A DNA stretch of 64,000 nucleotides from Fidelibacterota bacterium (GCA_028140795.1 JAOIOW010000002.1:5988-69987), one strand, 5' to 3'. Shown: positions 9,944 through 20,522, counted from the stretch's first letter. Numbers and translations are program-made. The notes: generated by a model not told the origin, from the sequence alone.

Positions 9944-9964
9944 ATTAACCCACTATTAACCACT
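9944..9964 (-). promoter_or_regulatory. Two tandem GTGG(G/T)TTAAT boxes, candidate MraZ operator
   Basis: The minus strand reads AGTGGTTAAT AGTGGGTTAAT (plus strand ATTAACCCACT ATTAACCACT). The two copies are 10 nt apart, start to start, and sit 16-36 nt upstream of the mraZ ATG. MraZ operators described in E. coli, Bacillus and mollicutes are TGGG/GTGG repeats on roughly 10-nt phasing. Confidence 0.45.
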
Positions 9965-9965
9965 T

Positions 9966-9995
9966 ATCTTACAATGTAGAGAGAGTTTATGTCAA
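9966..9995 (-). promoter_or_regulatory. Sigma70-like promoter candidate for mraZ (TTGACA-N18-TAAGAT)
   Basis: On the minus strand, TTGACA lies at 9995-9990 and TAAGAT at 9971-9966. This is the largest non-coding gap in the window. Chance matches are likely in AT-rich DNA. Confidence 0.35.
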
Positions 9996-10030
9996 TAAAA
10001 ATTGTTGATAAAATGCAAAAAAAATTAAAA

Positions 10031-10840
10031 TTAATTTTTTGGTAAATATTTTTTGATAGTAATTGTATAAGGATCTGACTTTAAGATTACTTCAACAGGG
10101 AAATCATTAATTATATTTTTTGAAAAATCTTGATATGAGTTATCAGAAAATAAAATCAATTCATAATCAACTGTATTTGCAATTAAAAATGCTCTTTCTT
10201 GACCATCCCACTGTTCCGTAAATGTATTCGATTGACTATTAAGAGAATCCTCAAATATAAAAAATTCTTTTCCTGAAAAATTATCGTAAAAATTAATATA
10301 ATTTTCAATATTTGATTTAAATCTTATTGTTACTGGATTAGAGATACTCTCAATTGAAAGAACTTCTTCACTTCTCACAGAATAGAATTCAATTAAATCG
10401 GATTTTGTAATTCTTAATTCATCTTCAAGATCTTTTTGGGAAATTTGACTATTTGAGTTTAAAGAAAAACTTAACAGAAGAATTAAAAGAAAAGATGCAA
10501 TTCCAATAAAAACGGATGAATTAAATAAATTTTCGCTATTAATTTTGCTAAAAAAACTAGAACTCTCATTTCGTTCATCAGGTATAAATTTTAATTTTTT
10601 ACTATTTGTCTTTTGATTTAAAAAACTATCAAGCTCAAACAATGCCTCATTAATATCAACTCCAATTTCATTTATGTATGCTTTGAAAAATAATTTGACA
10701 TAAACTGGAGGAATTTCTGCAAACTTGCCTCTTTCTAATGCCTGTAAATATTTCAAATCAATTTTGGTTCTTTTTGAAATATCTTTCAAATCGATGTTAT
10801 TTTCGATTCTGAACTTTTTATATTTGTTGTAAAAAATCAT
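10031..10840 (-). CDS. RodZ-like membrane protein with an N-terminal XRE-type HTH
   Basis: 269 aa. The N-terminus ISKRTKIDLKYLQALERGKFAEIPPVYVKLFFKAYINEIG is the RodZ-type HTH pattern. One TM helix (VFIGIASFLLILLLSFSL) and an extracytoplasmic C-terminal domain. Confidence 0.55.
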   Translation of the reverse strand: MIFYNKYKKFRIENNIDLKDISKRTKIDLKYLQALERGKFAEIPPVYVKLFFKAYINEIGVDINEALFELDSFLNQKTNSKKLKFIPDERNESSSFFSKINSENLFNSSVFIGIASFLLILLLSFSLNSNSQISQKDLEDELRITKSDLIEFYSVRSEEVLSIESISNPVTIRFKSNIENYINFYDNFSGKEFFIFEDSLNSQSNTFTEQWDGQERAFLIANTVDYELILFSDNSYQDFSKNIINDFPVEVILKSDPYTITIKKYLPKN

Positions 10841-11403
10841 TTTGAATCAAGAATTTGTTTTATTTCACTGCTTAAAAATTTTTCTTCTGGGAAACCTACA
10901 ATATTATTATAACATCCGTCAATATTTTTAATGAAATATTCCTCAGCATCTTCAATATTATATGAGCCAGCTTTATCCAGAACATCGAAATTGTTAATAT
11001 AATTTTTAATTTCTTCCTTACTTAATGTTTTAAATGAAACCCTTGTGCTATCATAAATATTGATTTGGTTTTCATTATAAGTTAAAGATAAAGCACTTAT
11101 TACATAATGTGATTTACCTGACAATAAAGATAAAACTTCAAAAGCATCCTGATAAGAAGATGGTTTACCGATAATTTTATTTTGAAACTCTACTATGGTA
11201 TCTCCTGAAAGAACAAAGGCATTTTCATACTGTTGATGAACTTTTAATCCTTTTCTCATCGAAACATCTATTACATAATCGATGGGATTCAATTGATTAA
11301 TATTTTTCTCATCAATATCAGGAACTTTAATACTAAAATTGTATCCTAAATTTTCTAGAATTTTCTTTCGTCTTGGAGAACTAGATGCTAATATTATACC
11401 CAT
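10837..11403 (-). CDS. maf: Maf-like nucleoside triphosphate pyrophosphatase (septum formation protein)
   Basis: 188 aa with the Maf signature MGIILASSSPRRKKIL at the N-terminus and GSYNIED...GFP near the C-terminus. Confidence 0.85.
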   Translation of the reverse strand: MGIILASSSPRRKKILENLGYNFSIKVPDIDEKNINQLNPIDYVIDVSMRKGLKVHQQYENAFVLSGDTIVEFQNKIIGKPSSYQDAFEVLSLLSGKSHYVISALSLTYNENQINIYDSTRVSFKTLSKEEIKNYINNFDVLDKAGSYNIEDAEEYFIKNIDGCYNNIVGFPEEKFLSSEIKQILDSK

Positions 11404-11448
11404 AAAATCGTTTTTTTTTGACTAAATTTATAAAAATAAAGAGTAAAT

Positions 11449-13707
11449 ATGAATCAGACAGATCTAGTTAAGCAAATTTATAGCAATTATCTTTCAAAAA
11501 TTATTGATGCAAAAAGTTTTTTCAATAGACCTCTAACATATACAGAAAAAATTCTTTTTTCACATCTTTCCGAAGATTTACAATCTATACCGGAAAGAAC
11601 TAAGACATTTTGCACCTTTAGCCCAGATCGTGTGGCAATGCAAGATGCTACTGCTCAAATGGCTTTACTACAGTTTATTAATGCAGGAATGCAAACGACA
11701 GCAGTTCCAACCACTGTTCATTGCGACCATTTAATCACTGCTATTAAAGGAGCTGACGATGATCTCGATAATGCTCTGTTAACAAACAAAGAAGTGTATG
11801 ACTTTTTAAAATCTGTTTGTGCAAAATTTGGAATAGGTTTTTGGAAACCTGGAGCAGGAATTATTCATCAAACTATTTTAGAAAATTATGCTGTACCTGG
11901 AACTATGATGATTGGAACTGATTCTCATACTCCAAATGCCGGTGGACTAGGCATGGTTGCGATTGGAGTTGGAGGAGCAGATGCTGTTGATGTGATGACC
12001 AACTCTCCGTGGGAAGTTAACTGGCCAGGTATAATTGGAGTCAAACTTACTGGTCAACTAAGTGATTGGGCATCTCCAAAAGATATTATTCTAAAACTTG
12101 CTGGTATCCTTACAGTAAAAGGTGGAACTGGAAAAATAATTGAATACTTTGGTGAAGGAACTGAGACAATCAGTTGTACCGGAAAGGCAACTATAACAAA
12201 CATGGGAGCTGAAGTTGGAGCAACAACATCTATTTTTCCATATGATAAAAAAATGTATGAATATTTAGAAGCAACCAATAGGAAAGATATTGCTGATTTA
12301 GCAGATGAAATTAAAAATCATCTTAAAGCAGATGATGATGTTCATGAAAATCCTGAAAAATACTATGATGAAGTCATAGAAATTAACTTATCTGAATTAG
12401 AACCACATATTGTTGGACCCTATAGCCCTGACTTATCAAGAGAAATTTCGGATATGCCAGATGCAGTTAAAGATAATAATTATGATGATGATTTAAAGGT
12501 TGGATTGATTGGAAGTTGTACGAATTCTTCTTATGAAGATATTGAAAAAGCTGCTCATGTAGCTAAACAAGCTCTTAATGCGGGATTAAAGGCAAAGTCA
12601 GAGTTTTATATTACTCCTGGTTCTAATCAAATTAAAGCTACAATGGAACGAGATGGATATACCAAAATCTTTGAAGAACTCGGTGGAAAAGTTTTAGCAA
12701 ATGCCTGCGGACCATGTATTGGTCAATGGAAAAGGTCTGATATTAGTGACGGGGAAAAAAATACAATTATTACCTCCTTTAACAGAAATTTTGCAAAAAG
12801 AAATGATGGAAATGCGGCAACAGAATCATTTGTAGCTAGTCCAGAGATTGTTACTGCACTAGCAATATCAGGTAAATTAAGTTTTAATCCTTCAAAAGAT
12901 AAATTAACTCTTAATGATGGAAGTAGTTTTAGCTTTGAATCACCTATAGGCTCCGAGTTACCTGAAATGGGATTTGAAAAAATTGGAAGTGATGACTTTC
13001 TAAAAGCTGAACTTCGTCCAAATACTGAGATTGTGATTAAAGAAAAAAGTGATCGATTGCAGGTATTAGAACCATTTATGGAATGGAACAAGGAAGAGAT
13101 GAATAATTTAAAAATTTTATTAAAAGCAGAAGGAAAATGTACAACTGATCATGTCTCTCCTGCTGGCCCTTGGTTAAAATATAGAGGCCATCTCGAAAAT
13201 ATTTCCCAAAATATGTATTCTGGAGCTCTTAATGCTTTTACAAAAACAAATGGTGAAGCAATAGATTTAATTAACGATAAAACCGATAATATTTATGAAG
13301 TGGCTAAAAATTATAAAGAAAATAATATTGATTGGATTGCTGTAGCTGATGAGAATTACGGAGAAGGTTCAAGTAGAGAGCATGCAGCAATGGAGCCTAG
13401 ATTTATGGGTTGTAAAATTATCATTGCAAAAAGTTTTGCAAGAATTGCTCAAACCAACTTAAAGAAACAAGGTATTTTACCATTAATCTTCAAAGACAAA
13501 AGTGATTATGACAAAATTGAAGCTAATGATACAATATCTACTATCAATCTTAAAGATTTTGATAATAAAACTAACCTTAAATTGAGCTTGAATAAACCAG
13601 ACGGTTCATCTCAGATCATTGAAACGCTACATACCTTTTCAAAGAGTCAGATAGAATGGTTCAAAGCGGGTTCAGCTCTTAACTTAATTGCTAAAAAATC
13701 ACATTGA
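11449..13707 (+). CDS. acn: Aconitate hydratase (monomeric, mitochondrial-type length)
   Basis: 752 aa with Fe-S cluster and substrate motifs IGTDSHTPN, GSCTNSSYED, ANACGPCIGQW and GEGSSREHAA. Confidence 0.9.
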   Translation: MNQTDLVKQIYSNYLSKIIDAKSFFNRPLTYTEKILFSHLSEDLQSIPERTKTFCTFSPDRVAMQDATAQMALLQFINAGMQTTAVPTTVHCDHLITAIKGADDDLDNALLTNKEVYDFLKSVCAKFGIGFWKPGAGIIHQTILENYAVPGTMMIGTDSHTPNAGGLGMVAIGVGGADAVDVMTNSPWEVNWPGIIGVKLTGQLSDWASPKDIILKLAGILTVKGGTGKIIEYFGEGTETISCTGKATITNMGAEVGATTSIFPYDKKMYEYLEATNRKDIADLADEIKNHLKADDDVHENPEKYYDEVIEINLSELEPHIVGPYSPDLSREISDMPDAVKDNNYDDDLKVGLIGSCTNSSYEDIEKAAHVAKQALNAGLKAKSEFYITPGSNQIKATMERDGYTKIFEELGGKVLANACGPCIGQWKRSDISDGEKNTIITSFNRNFAKRNDGNAATESFVASPEIVTALAISGKLSFNPSKDKLTLNDGSSFSFESPIGSELPEMGFEKIGSDDFLKAELRPNTEIVIKEKSDRLQVLEPFMEWNKEEMNNLKILLKAEGKCTTDHVSPAGPWLKYRGHLENISQNMYSGALNAFTKTNGEAIDLINDKTDNIYEVAKNYKENNIDWIAVADENYGEGSSREHAAMEPRFMGCKIIIAKSFARIAQTNLKKQGILPLIFKDKSDYDKIEANDTISTINLKDFDNKTNLKLSLNKPDGSSQIIETLHTFSKSQIEWFKAGSALNLIAKKSH

Positions 13708-15149
13708 ACATAAATGATATAAATAAAAATTGGGATTTTATAATTGGTCTAGAAATACATGTCCAATTAGATTGTAATTCCAAAATGTTCAGCAATTGCC
13801 AATATAAATATGATAACTCACCAAATAGTTTAACCTGCCCAACCTCATTGGGACTTCCAGGAGCTCTTCCAAATGTAAATCAATCAGCAATTGAGTCGGC
13901 GATAATGTTTGGAAAAGCGGTTAACGGAAAAATAAGTAAAAACTTTACGTTTGCCAGAAAACATTATTTTTATCCTGACCTACCTAAAGGATACCAAATA
14001 TCCCAGTTTGATCAACCAATTATTTCAGGAGGTTCGGTTCCGATTTGGTGGAATGAGAAAGAGTTTAAAATTGATTTAACAAGAGCACATTTAGAGGAAG
14101 ATGCTGGAAAATCTTTTCATAATAATGACAGCAAAAAAAGTAATGTAGATTACAACAGAAGCGGAGCAGCATTAATTGAGATTGTTACAGAACCTGTAAT
14201 AGTTCATCCCGAACAAGCCAAGATTTTTATGCAACGTATTAAACAAATAGTTAATTATATAAATATTTCAAATGCAGAAATGGAAAAAGGAAAACTCAGA
14301 TGTGATGCTAATATCTCTCTATCAAAAAAAGGTAGTGGGAAATTTGGAGTAAAAACAGAAATCAAAAATATCAACTCTTTTAGAAACGTTCAAAAGGCAA
14401 TTGAATCTGAAATCATTCGTCAAAACAAGATTTTGAACGATGGGAAAGAAGTTCAACAAGCTACTTTAACTTGGAATAATGATAAAAACGTTGCCGAGAT
14501 AATGAGAATTAAAGAAAACGCTGATGATTATAGATACTTTCCAGATCCAGATTTACCGCCAGTAAGTTTAGAAAAGTCATTTATTGAAGACATTAAATCA
14601 TTAGTCCCTATACTTCCTTTTGATTATGAAAAAAAATGGATGAACGAATATAATTTATCTTTAAATGAGTGCATGATTCTTTCTTCTTCAAAAGATATTG
14701 CAAAATACTTTGAAGAAGTTGTTAGTTTAGATGTTTCGCCCAAAAAAGCTAGCACTTGGGTTTCCACAGAACTATTTAGGCTTTTTAATGAGATAAATAC
14801 AGCATTTGATTCATCTAAAGTTGAAGCAAAAGATTTAAAAATATTAATTGATGAAATAAAACAAAATAAAATTACCCAAAATTCAGGTAAAGAGGTTTTG
14901 AGAGCATTATTTGAAACCGATAAAAATATCAGTGAAATCTTAAAAAGCGGTGATTTCGATTCTTCGGATATAAATATAACAGAAATTATTGACAATGTGC
15001 TTTCTGACTGTCAAAATGAAGTATTAAGATATAAAAACGGTGAAGAAAAATTAATTGGTTTTTTTATTGGTCAAGTCAATAAAGAAACTAAAGGAAAAGT
15101 AAGTCACGAAGTGGTTATTGCTGAATTAAGTAAGAAATTAAAAGATTAA
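13704..15149 (+). CDS. gatB: Asp-tRNA(Asn)/Glu-tRNA(Gln) amidotransferase subunit B
   Basis: 481 aa with a TTG start that overlaps the acn TGA stop. Motifs [16 protein letters not shown] and AHLEEDAGK, plus a C-terminal YqeY-like tail. Confidence 0.9.
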   Translation: MNINDINKNWDFIIGLEIHVQLDCNSKMFSNCQYKYDNSPNSLTCPTSLGLPGALPNVNQSAIESAIMFGKAVNGKISKNFTFARKHYFYPDLPKGYQISQFDQPIISGGSVPIWWNEKEFKIDLTRAHLEEDAGKSFHNNDSKKSNVDYNRSGAALIEIVTEPVIVHPEQAKIFMQRIKQIVNYINISNAEMEKGKLRCDANISLSKKGSGKFGVKTEIKNINSFRNVQKAIESEIIRQNKILNDGKEVQQATLTWNNDKNVAEIMRIKENADDYRYFPDPDLPPVSLEKSFIEDIKSLVPILPFDYEKKWMNEYNLSLNECMILSSSKDIAKYFEEVVSLDVSPKKASTWVSTELFRLFNEINTAFDSSKVEAKDLKILIDEIKQNKITQNSGKEVLRALFETDKNISEILKSGDFDSSDINITEIIDNVLSDCQNEVLRYKNGEEKLIGFFIGQVNKETKGKVSHEVVIAELSKKLKD

Positions 15150-15382
15150 AATTTTCTGCCTTCTGCCATTAAATCTTTAATTACTGAATCAATACCTTTC
15201 TTATCAATAATTTTCAAACCCTTAGCAGATACTTTGAGTGTAACTTTCTTATTAAGTGTTTCCACCCAAAAAGTCTTTTTCTGAAGATTTATATCAAATC
15301 TTCTTCTAGTTTTATTATGAGCATGACTTACATTATTGCCATACATCACTTTTTTACCTGTTACTTCACAAACTCTTGACAT
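15146..15382 (-). CDS. rpmB: 50S ribosomal protein L28
   Basis: 78 aa: [34 protein letters not shown]. Its stop codon shares the palindrome TTAA (15146-15149) with the gatB stop. Confidence 0.95.
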   Translation of the reverse strand: MSRVCEVTGKKVMYGNNVSHAHNKTRRRFDINLQKKTFWVETLNKKVTLKVSAKGLKIIDKKGIDSVIKDLMAEGRKF

Positions 15383-15461
15383 TTTTTAACCTTTTATGTT
15401 TAAGTTCAATTCAAACAGGGGAAATTTAAACCAATAATCGTAGTGAACAAACAAAAACTAT

Positions 15462-16442
15462 ATGTTTGATATAAATAAAAAAATTCAAATTGGAAACTTA
15501 AAACTTGATTTCCCATTTTTTCTTGCACCTATGGCAGGTGTTACAGACTATGCATTTAGAGTGATCGCAAAAGAATTTGGAGCTGGAGTAGTGTATTCAG
15601 AATTTGTTTCAGCTCATGGTATCATTAGGAAAAATGAAAAAACATTGAATATGATCAAATTTTCAGAATTTGAAAGGCCAATAGGTATTCAGATTTTTGG
15701 CGATACACCAGAAGTAATGGAAAATGCTGCAAAATTAGTCTATGAAAAATTTAAACCAGATCTAATTGATATTAATTATGGATGTCCAGTACCGAAAGTG
15801 ACAAAAAAAGGAGCTGGATCCGCTGCTTTAAAAGATTTATGCTTAATGGAAGATATCACAGAAGCTGTGGTTAAAGCGGTCGACAAAATACCTGTTACAG
15901 TGAAAATGAGAGCAGGTTGGAATTCAGAAAATATTGTAAGTACTCAAGCTGGTATAAATTTAGAGAAAGTCGGAGTTAAAGCAATCACCCTTCATCCAAG
16001 AACGACTGTTCAAATGTATAAAGGAAAAGCAAATTGGGATTTAATAAAAGAATTAAAAGAAAATGTGAGTATTCCAGTAATTGGTAATGGAGATGTAAAA
16101 AATATTGATGATATAAATGAAATGTTTGACCATACTAACTGTGATGGCATTATGATTGGTAGAGCTGCTTTAGGTAATCCATGGTTTTTTGCGGAAGTAA
16201 GAAAATATATGCTTAATGAAAATTTTGAAGATATAAGTATTGAAGAAAGATTAGAAATATGTAAAAAGCATTTAGAGCTTCTTGTACAAATTCATGGAGA
16301 GATTGTAGGTGCCAACAATATGAAGAAACATTTTGCTTGGTACTTTAAAGGATTCAAAGGCGCATCTTCCTTTCGAAAAAAATTTGTTTTGGCAAAGAAT
16401 TATTCTGAAATGAAAGATATTTTGTCTAATATTAGGCACTAA
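15462..16442 (+). CDS. dusB: tRNA-dihydrouridine synthase (DusB-like)
   Basis: 326 aa with FLAPMAGVTD, DINYGCP and a C-terminal helical domain of the Dus family. Confidence 0.85.
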   Translation: MFDINKKIQIGNLKLDFPFFLAPMAGVTDYAFRVIAKEFGAGVVYSEFVSAHGIIRKNEKTLNMIKFSEFERPIGIQIFGDTPEVMENAAKLVYEKFKPDLIDINYGCPVPKVTKKGAGSAALKDLCLMEDITEAVVKAVDKIPVTVKMRAGWNSENIVSTQAGINLEKVGVKAITLHPRTTVQMYKGKANWDLIKELKENVSIPVIGNGDVKNIDDINEMFDHTNCDGIMIGRAALGNPWFFAEVRKYMLNENFEDISIEERLEICKKHLELLVQIHGEIVGANNMKKHFAWYFKGFKGASSFRKKFVLAKNYSEMKDILSNIRH

Positions 16443-16459
16443 AAAACAAAGGATAAATT

Positions 16460-18082
16460 ATGGACAAAAATTTTAAAGCAATCAACGAACCAATTATAGA
16501 TTTTGAGCCTGGTTCAGAGCATAGAAAATTACTTTTAGAAGAAATTGAAAGACAATCAAGTAGACAAAAAGATATTCCTATTATCATTAATGGAAAAGAG
16601 ATAAGAACAGGTAATACAAAACCATGTACAAAACCCCAAGATCATGGACATATTCTAGGTCATTATCATGAAGCAGGTCCTGAAGAAATTCAAATGGCTA
16701 TTGATTCTTCATTAGAAGCTTGGAAAACTTGGTCTAATACATCTTTAGAAGAAAGAGCAAAAATTTTTAAAAAAGTTGCAGACTTAATTGCAGGTCCATA
16801 TAGGTATAAAATTAATGCTGCAGCAATGCTAGATATTGGTAAAAGTGTTTTTCAAGCTGAAGTTGATGCATCATGTGAATTAATCGATTTTTTAAATTTT
16901 AATATCGAGTTTGCATATACAATGCAAAATACTTTTAATCCTATATCTCCTGATGGAATGAAAAATGAATTGGAATTCAGACCACTGGAAGGTTTTGTTT
17001 TTGCAATTGCACCATTTAATTTCTTTAGCATTGGTGGTAATTTGGCTATCTCTCCTGCTATTGTCGGAAATACGGTACTTTGGAAACCAGCACCAAGTGC
17101 TGTTTATTCAGCTTACTACATCATGGAGCTATATAAAGAAGCGGGTCTTCCAGACGGAGTTATTAATTTTATTCCAGGTGACGGACCGAGTATAGGCGAT
17201 CAAGTATTGAGTCATAAAGAATTAGCTGGAGTGCATTTCACTGGATCTACAAAAACCTTTAAACATCTTTGGAAAAAAGTTTCTGATAACTTAGATACTT
17301 ACAGAAATTATCCAAAAATTGTTGGTGAGACAGGTGGTAAAGATTTTTGTATAGCACATGAATCAGCTGATATACAGGGTCTAGTAACAGCAATGGTTCG
17401 AGGAGCTTTTGAATATCAAGGACAAAAATGTTCTGCGATGTCAAGAGCGTATCTACCAAAATCAAAATGGAACGAGATACAAGAAAAACTATTGAATGAA
17501 ATCAAAACTATAGATGTTGGACCACCTGAAGATTTTAAGAATTTTGTTAATGCTGTAATTGATGAAACAGCCTTTGATAAAATTGCCTCTTACTTAGATT
17601 ATGCTAAAGAGAGTAACGATTGTGAAGTTCTTTGCGGAGGCGGATATGATAAATCTAAGGGTTATTTTGTGGAACCAACGGTCATTTTAACCACCGATCC
17701 ACACTTTAAAACTCTTGAGGAAGAAATATTTGGTCCAGTACTTACCATTTTTGTATATGAAAATGAAAATTGGAATGAAACATTAGAATTGATTGATAAT
17801 ACATCTCCTTACGCTCTTACAGGCTGTGTATTTTCAGAAGATAGAGATATCGTTGAAGAAGTAAGATCTAAATTGAGATTTTCAGCTGGAAATTTCTATA
17901 TTAATGACAAACCTACCGGTGCTGTTGTAGGACAACAGCCATTTGGAGGAAGCAGAGCATCTGGTACAAATGATAAAGGTGGCTCTATGCTTAACTTATT
18001 AAGATGGACATCCCCAAGAACAATCAAAGAAACATTTGAACCTCCTCATAGCTATAGATATCCATTTATGGATGAAGAATAG
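16460..18082 (+). CDS. pruA: L-glutamate gamma-semialdehyde (1-pyrroline-5-carboxylate) dehydrogenase
   Basis: 540 aa aldehyde dehydrogenase family protein. Catalytic regions VGETGGKD and EYQGQKCSA. The length and N-terminal extension are typical of stand-alone P5C dehydrogenases. Confidence 0.8.
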   Translation: MDKNFKAINEPIIDFEPGSEHRKLLLEEIERQSSRQKDIPIIINGKEIRTGNTKPCTKPQDHGHILGHYHEAGPEEIQMAIDSSLEAWKTWSNTSLEERAKIFKKVADLIAGPYRYKINAAAMLDIGKSVFQAEVDASCELIDFLNFNIEFAYTMQNTFNPISPDGMKNELEFRPLEGFVFAIAPFNFFSIGGNLAISPAIVGNTVLWKPAPSAVYSAYYIMELYKEAGLPDGVINFIPGDGPSIGDQVLSHKELAGVHFTGSTKTFKHLWKKVSDNLDTYRNYPKIVGETGGKDFCIAHESADIQGLVTAMVRGAFEYQGQKCSAMSRAYLPKSKWNEIQEKLLNEIKTIDVGPPEDFKNFVNAVIDETAFDKIASYLDYAKESNDCEVLCGGGYDKSKGYFVEPTVILTTDPHFKTLEEEIFGPVLTIFVYENENWNETLELIDNTSPYALTGCVFSEDRDIVEEVRSKLRFSAGNFYINDKPTGAVVGQQPFGGSRASGTNDKGGSMLNLLRWTSPRTIKETFEPPHSYRYPFMDEE

Positions 18083-19249
18083 ATGAAAATTCACGAATTC
18101 CAAGCTAAAGAACTTTTGTCTGATTACAATGTGCCAATTCAAAGAGGCCATATTGTTTATTCTTCTAATGAAATTGAAAAAACAATAGAGAAAGTTCAAA
18201 ATGAATTCAACTCAGATGCTGTTGTAGTTAAAGCGCAAATTCATGCTGGAGGTCGTGGTAAAGGTGGTGGAGTGAAATTCTGTCCGTCAACAGAATCAGC
18301 TATTGAATCTGCTAATGAAATTCTTGGCATGAATTTAATCACTCATCAAACTGGCGAAGAAGGTAAACTTGTAAATCAAATATTAATTACAGAAGCACTA
18401 GATATTGAAAAAGAGTTTTATTTTGCATTAATGTTTGATCGAGCAAAAAATGCTGATGTCTTCATAGTGTCGACAGAAGGCGGAGTTGATATTGAAGAAG
18501 TAGCAGAGAAAACTCCTGAAAAAATTGTTAAGGCTTGGGTAAATAATGATACCTACCTTCTTGATGATGCAATTAATACGATTATAAATGCATTAAGTCT
18601 TAATTCATTTAATGATGCTTTTGAAATTTTTACAAATATTTATAATTGCTATTCAAATTCAGATTGCAATTTATTAGAAATCAATCCTCTTGTAATCACC
18701 GAAGACCAAAAAATTATTGCACTAGATGCGAAAGTTGATATTGATTCCAATGCACTATTTAGACAAGAAAAAATTGCAAAATTTCATGATACTTCAGAGG
18801 AAGATCCTTTAGAGCTAAAGGCTTCAGAATATGGATTAAATTATATTAAGCTTGATGGAAATGTTGGCTGCATGGTTAATGGAGCTGGCCTTGCTATGGC
18901 AACGATGGATATAGTAAAACATCATGGCGGCGAACCAGCTAATTTTTTAGATGTTGGAGGTGCGGCTAATGTTGATACAATTAAAAATGGCTTTAAAATT
19001 ATTCTCTCTGATCCTAACGTAAAATCAGTTTTGATTAATATTTTTGGTGGTATCGTTAGATGTGACAGAGTAGCTAATGGAGTCATTCAAGCTGTTAAAG
19101 AATTAAATTTAAATGTTGGTGTTGTCGTTAGACTCCAAGGGACTAATGCAAAACTGGCAAAACAAATTTTAGATGAATCAGATATAGAGCTTATAAGCGC
19201 TGAAACAATAGATGAAGCTGCTAAAAAAGCAGTTGGATTGGTATCATAA
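18083..19249 (+). CDS. sucC: Succinyl-CoA synthetase beta subunit
   Basis: 388 aa starting MKIHEFQAKELL, with an ATP-grasp layout. Its ATG directly abuts the pruA TAG stop. Confidence 0.95.
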   Translation: MKIHEFQAKELLSDYNVPIQRGHIVYSSNEIEKTIEKVQNEFNSDAVVVKAQIHAGGRGKGGGVKFCPSTESAIESANEILGMNLITHQTGEEGKLVNQILITEALDIEKEFYFALMFDRAKNADVFIVSTEGGVDIEEVAEKTPEKIVKAWVNNDTYLLDDAINTIINALSLNSFNDAFEIFTNIYNCYSNSDCNLLEINPLVITEDQKIIALDAKVDIDSNALFRQEKIAKFHDTSEEDPLELKASEYGLNYIKLDGNVGCMVNGAGLAMATMDIVKHHGGEPANFLDVGGAANVDTIKNGFKIILSDPNVKSVLINIFGGIVRCDRVANGVIQAVKELNLNVGVVVRLQGTNAKLAKQILDESDIELISAETIDEAAKKAVGLVS

Positions 19250-20127
19250 TGTCAATACTATTAAATAAAAAAACTTCTATTCTAGTTCAAGGAATTACTG
19301 GATCTGAAGGACTATTTCATGCACAGCAAATGCTAGACTATGGTTCTAACGTTGTTTGTGGAGTAACTCCTGGAAAAGGCGGTCAAACTGCTACAGAAAA
19401 CAACTTACCAGTTTTTAATAGCATCGAAGAAGCAAAAAAAGAGTTTTCAATTGATGCCACGGTAATTTTTGTTCCCCCTAGATTTGCTGCAAATGCAATT
19501 CATGAAGCAATAAATCAAAATATTGGTTTAATTGTTTGTATATCAGAAGGAATTCCTGTTCGTGATATGAAAAAAGTTAAAAGTGCGCTTGATAATTCCT
19601 CTTCAACTCTTATTGGTCCTAACTGTCCTGGCTTGATAACAGCTGAAGAATCAAAAATTGGAATTACTCCTGGTTTTATTTGCAAAAAAGGTTCTGTTGG
19701 CATTCTTTCTCGTTCAGGGACCTTGACTTATGAGGCAATTGACCAAATTGTTAATGTTGGATTAGGAATGACTACCGCTGTTGGAATTGGAGGAGATCCA
19801 ATTATCGGATCAAGCATGATAGATATATTGAAACATTTTGCTGATGACGAAGAAACTAAAGGTGTTGTAATGATTGGTGAAATTGGTGGTAGCATGGAAA
19901 ATGAAGCTGCTGAATGGATCAAAAACAATTTTAATAAACCTGTTGTATCATTTATTGCAGGTCAAACTGCTCCTAAAGGAAAAAGAATGGGTCATGCTGG
20001 AGCAATTATTTCTGAAGGATCTGAAACAGCAGATGCTAAAATTAAAATTCTAAAAGAATGTGGGGTTTCAGTTGCAAAAACAGTATCTGAAATCGGAGAA
20101 ACAATGTTACAACTAATAGAGGAATAA
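19249..20127 (+). CDS. sucD: Succinyl-CoA synthetase alpha subunit
   Basis: 292 aa with GITGSEG, SRSGTLTYE and MGHAGAII (phosphohistidine loop). TAATG overlap with sucC. Confidence 0.95.
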   Translation: MSILLNKKTSILVQGITGSEGLFHAQQMLDYGSNVVCGVTPGKGGQTATENNLPVFNSIEEAKKEFSIDATVIFVPPRFAANAIHEAINQNIGLIVCISEGIPVRDMKKVKSALDNSSSTLIGPNCPGLITAEESKIGITPGFICKKGSVGILSRSGTLTYEAIDQIVNVGLGMTTAVGIGGDPIIGSSMIDILKHFADDEETKGVVMIGEIGGSMENEAAEWIKNNFNKPVVSFIAGQTAPKGKRMGHAGAIISEGSETADAKIKILKECGVSVAKTVSEIGETMLQLIEE

Positions 20128-20522
20128 TGAATAATACACTTGCCCTAATTAAACCTGATGCTATGCAAAAAGGATTTAAAGATGAAATTAGAAAAGATAT
20201 AATGGATAACGGTTTTATAATCGCGGAAGAAAAAACACTTCATCTTAGTGTTGAACAAGCTGAAGGTTTTTACTCTATACATAAAGATAAACCATTTTTT
20301 GAAGAACTTGTTGAGTTCATGACTTCGAGCGAAACTCATATCATGAAGCTTGAAAAAGCTAATGCAGTTTCAGAATGGAGAAATTTGATGGGTGCAACAA
20401 ATCCTGCAGAAGCTGATGCAGGTACAATAAGAGCAAAATATGGAACGGATATTTCAATGAATGCTACTCACGGCTCAGATAGTAATGAAAATGCAGAAAT
20501 TGAAATAAATTTCTTTTTCTAA
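20127..20522 (+). CDS. ndk: Nucleoside diphosphate kinase
   Basis: 131 aa with LALIKPDA and the active-site NATHGSDS. TAATG overlap with sucD. Confidence 0.9.
   Translation: MNNTLALIKPDAMQKGFKDEIRKDIMDNGFIIAEEKTLHLSVEQAEGFYSIHKDKPFFEELVEFMTSSETHIMKLEKANAVSEWRNLMGATNPAEADAGTIRAKYGTDISMNATHGSDSNENAEIEINFFF

Noticed and set aside
319-20339. Many 60-125-aa ORFs from the track that lie inside or antisense to the dcw, acn, gatB, pruA, sucD and ndk genes. Examples are 319..549, 1102..1302, 4721..4990, 6202..6384, 7029..7226, 8059..8292, 12054..12278, 12723..13091, 14624..14995, 16965..17195, 17259..17465, 17999..18199, 19515..19703, 19728..19928 and 20145..20339.
   Set aside because: Each is nested in a long ORF that has clear family motifs. 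They show biased, low-complexity composition (I/F/S/L/K-rich) as expected from AT-rich antisense frames. None has independent support.
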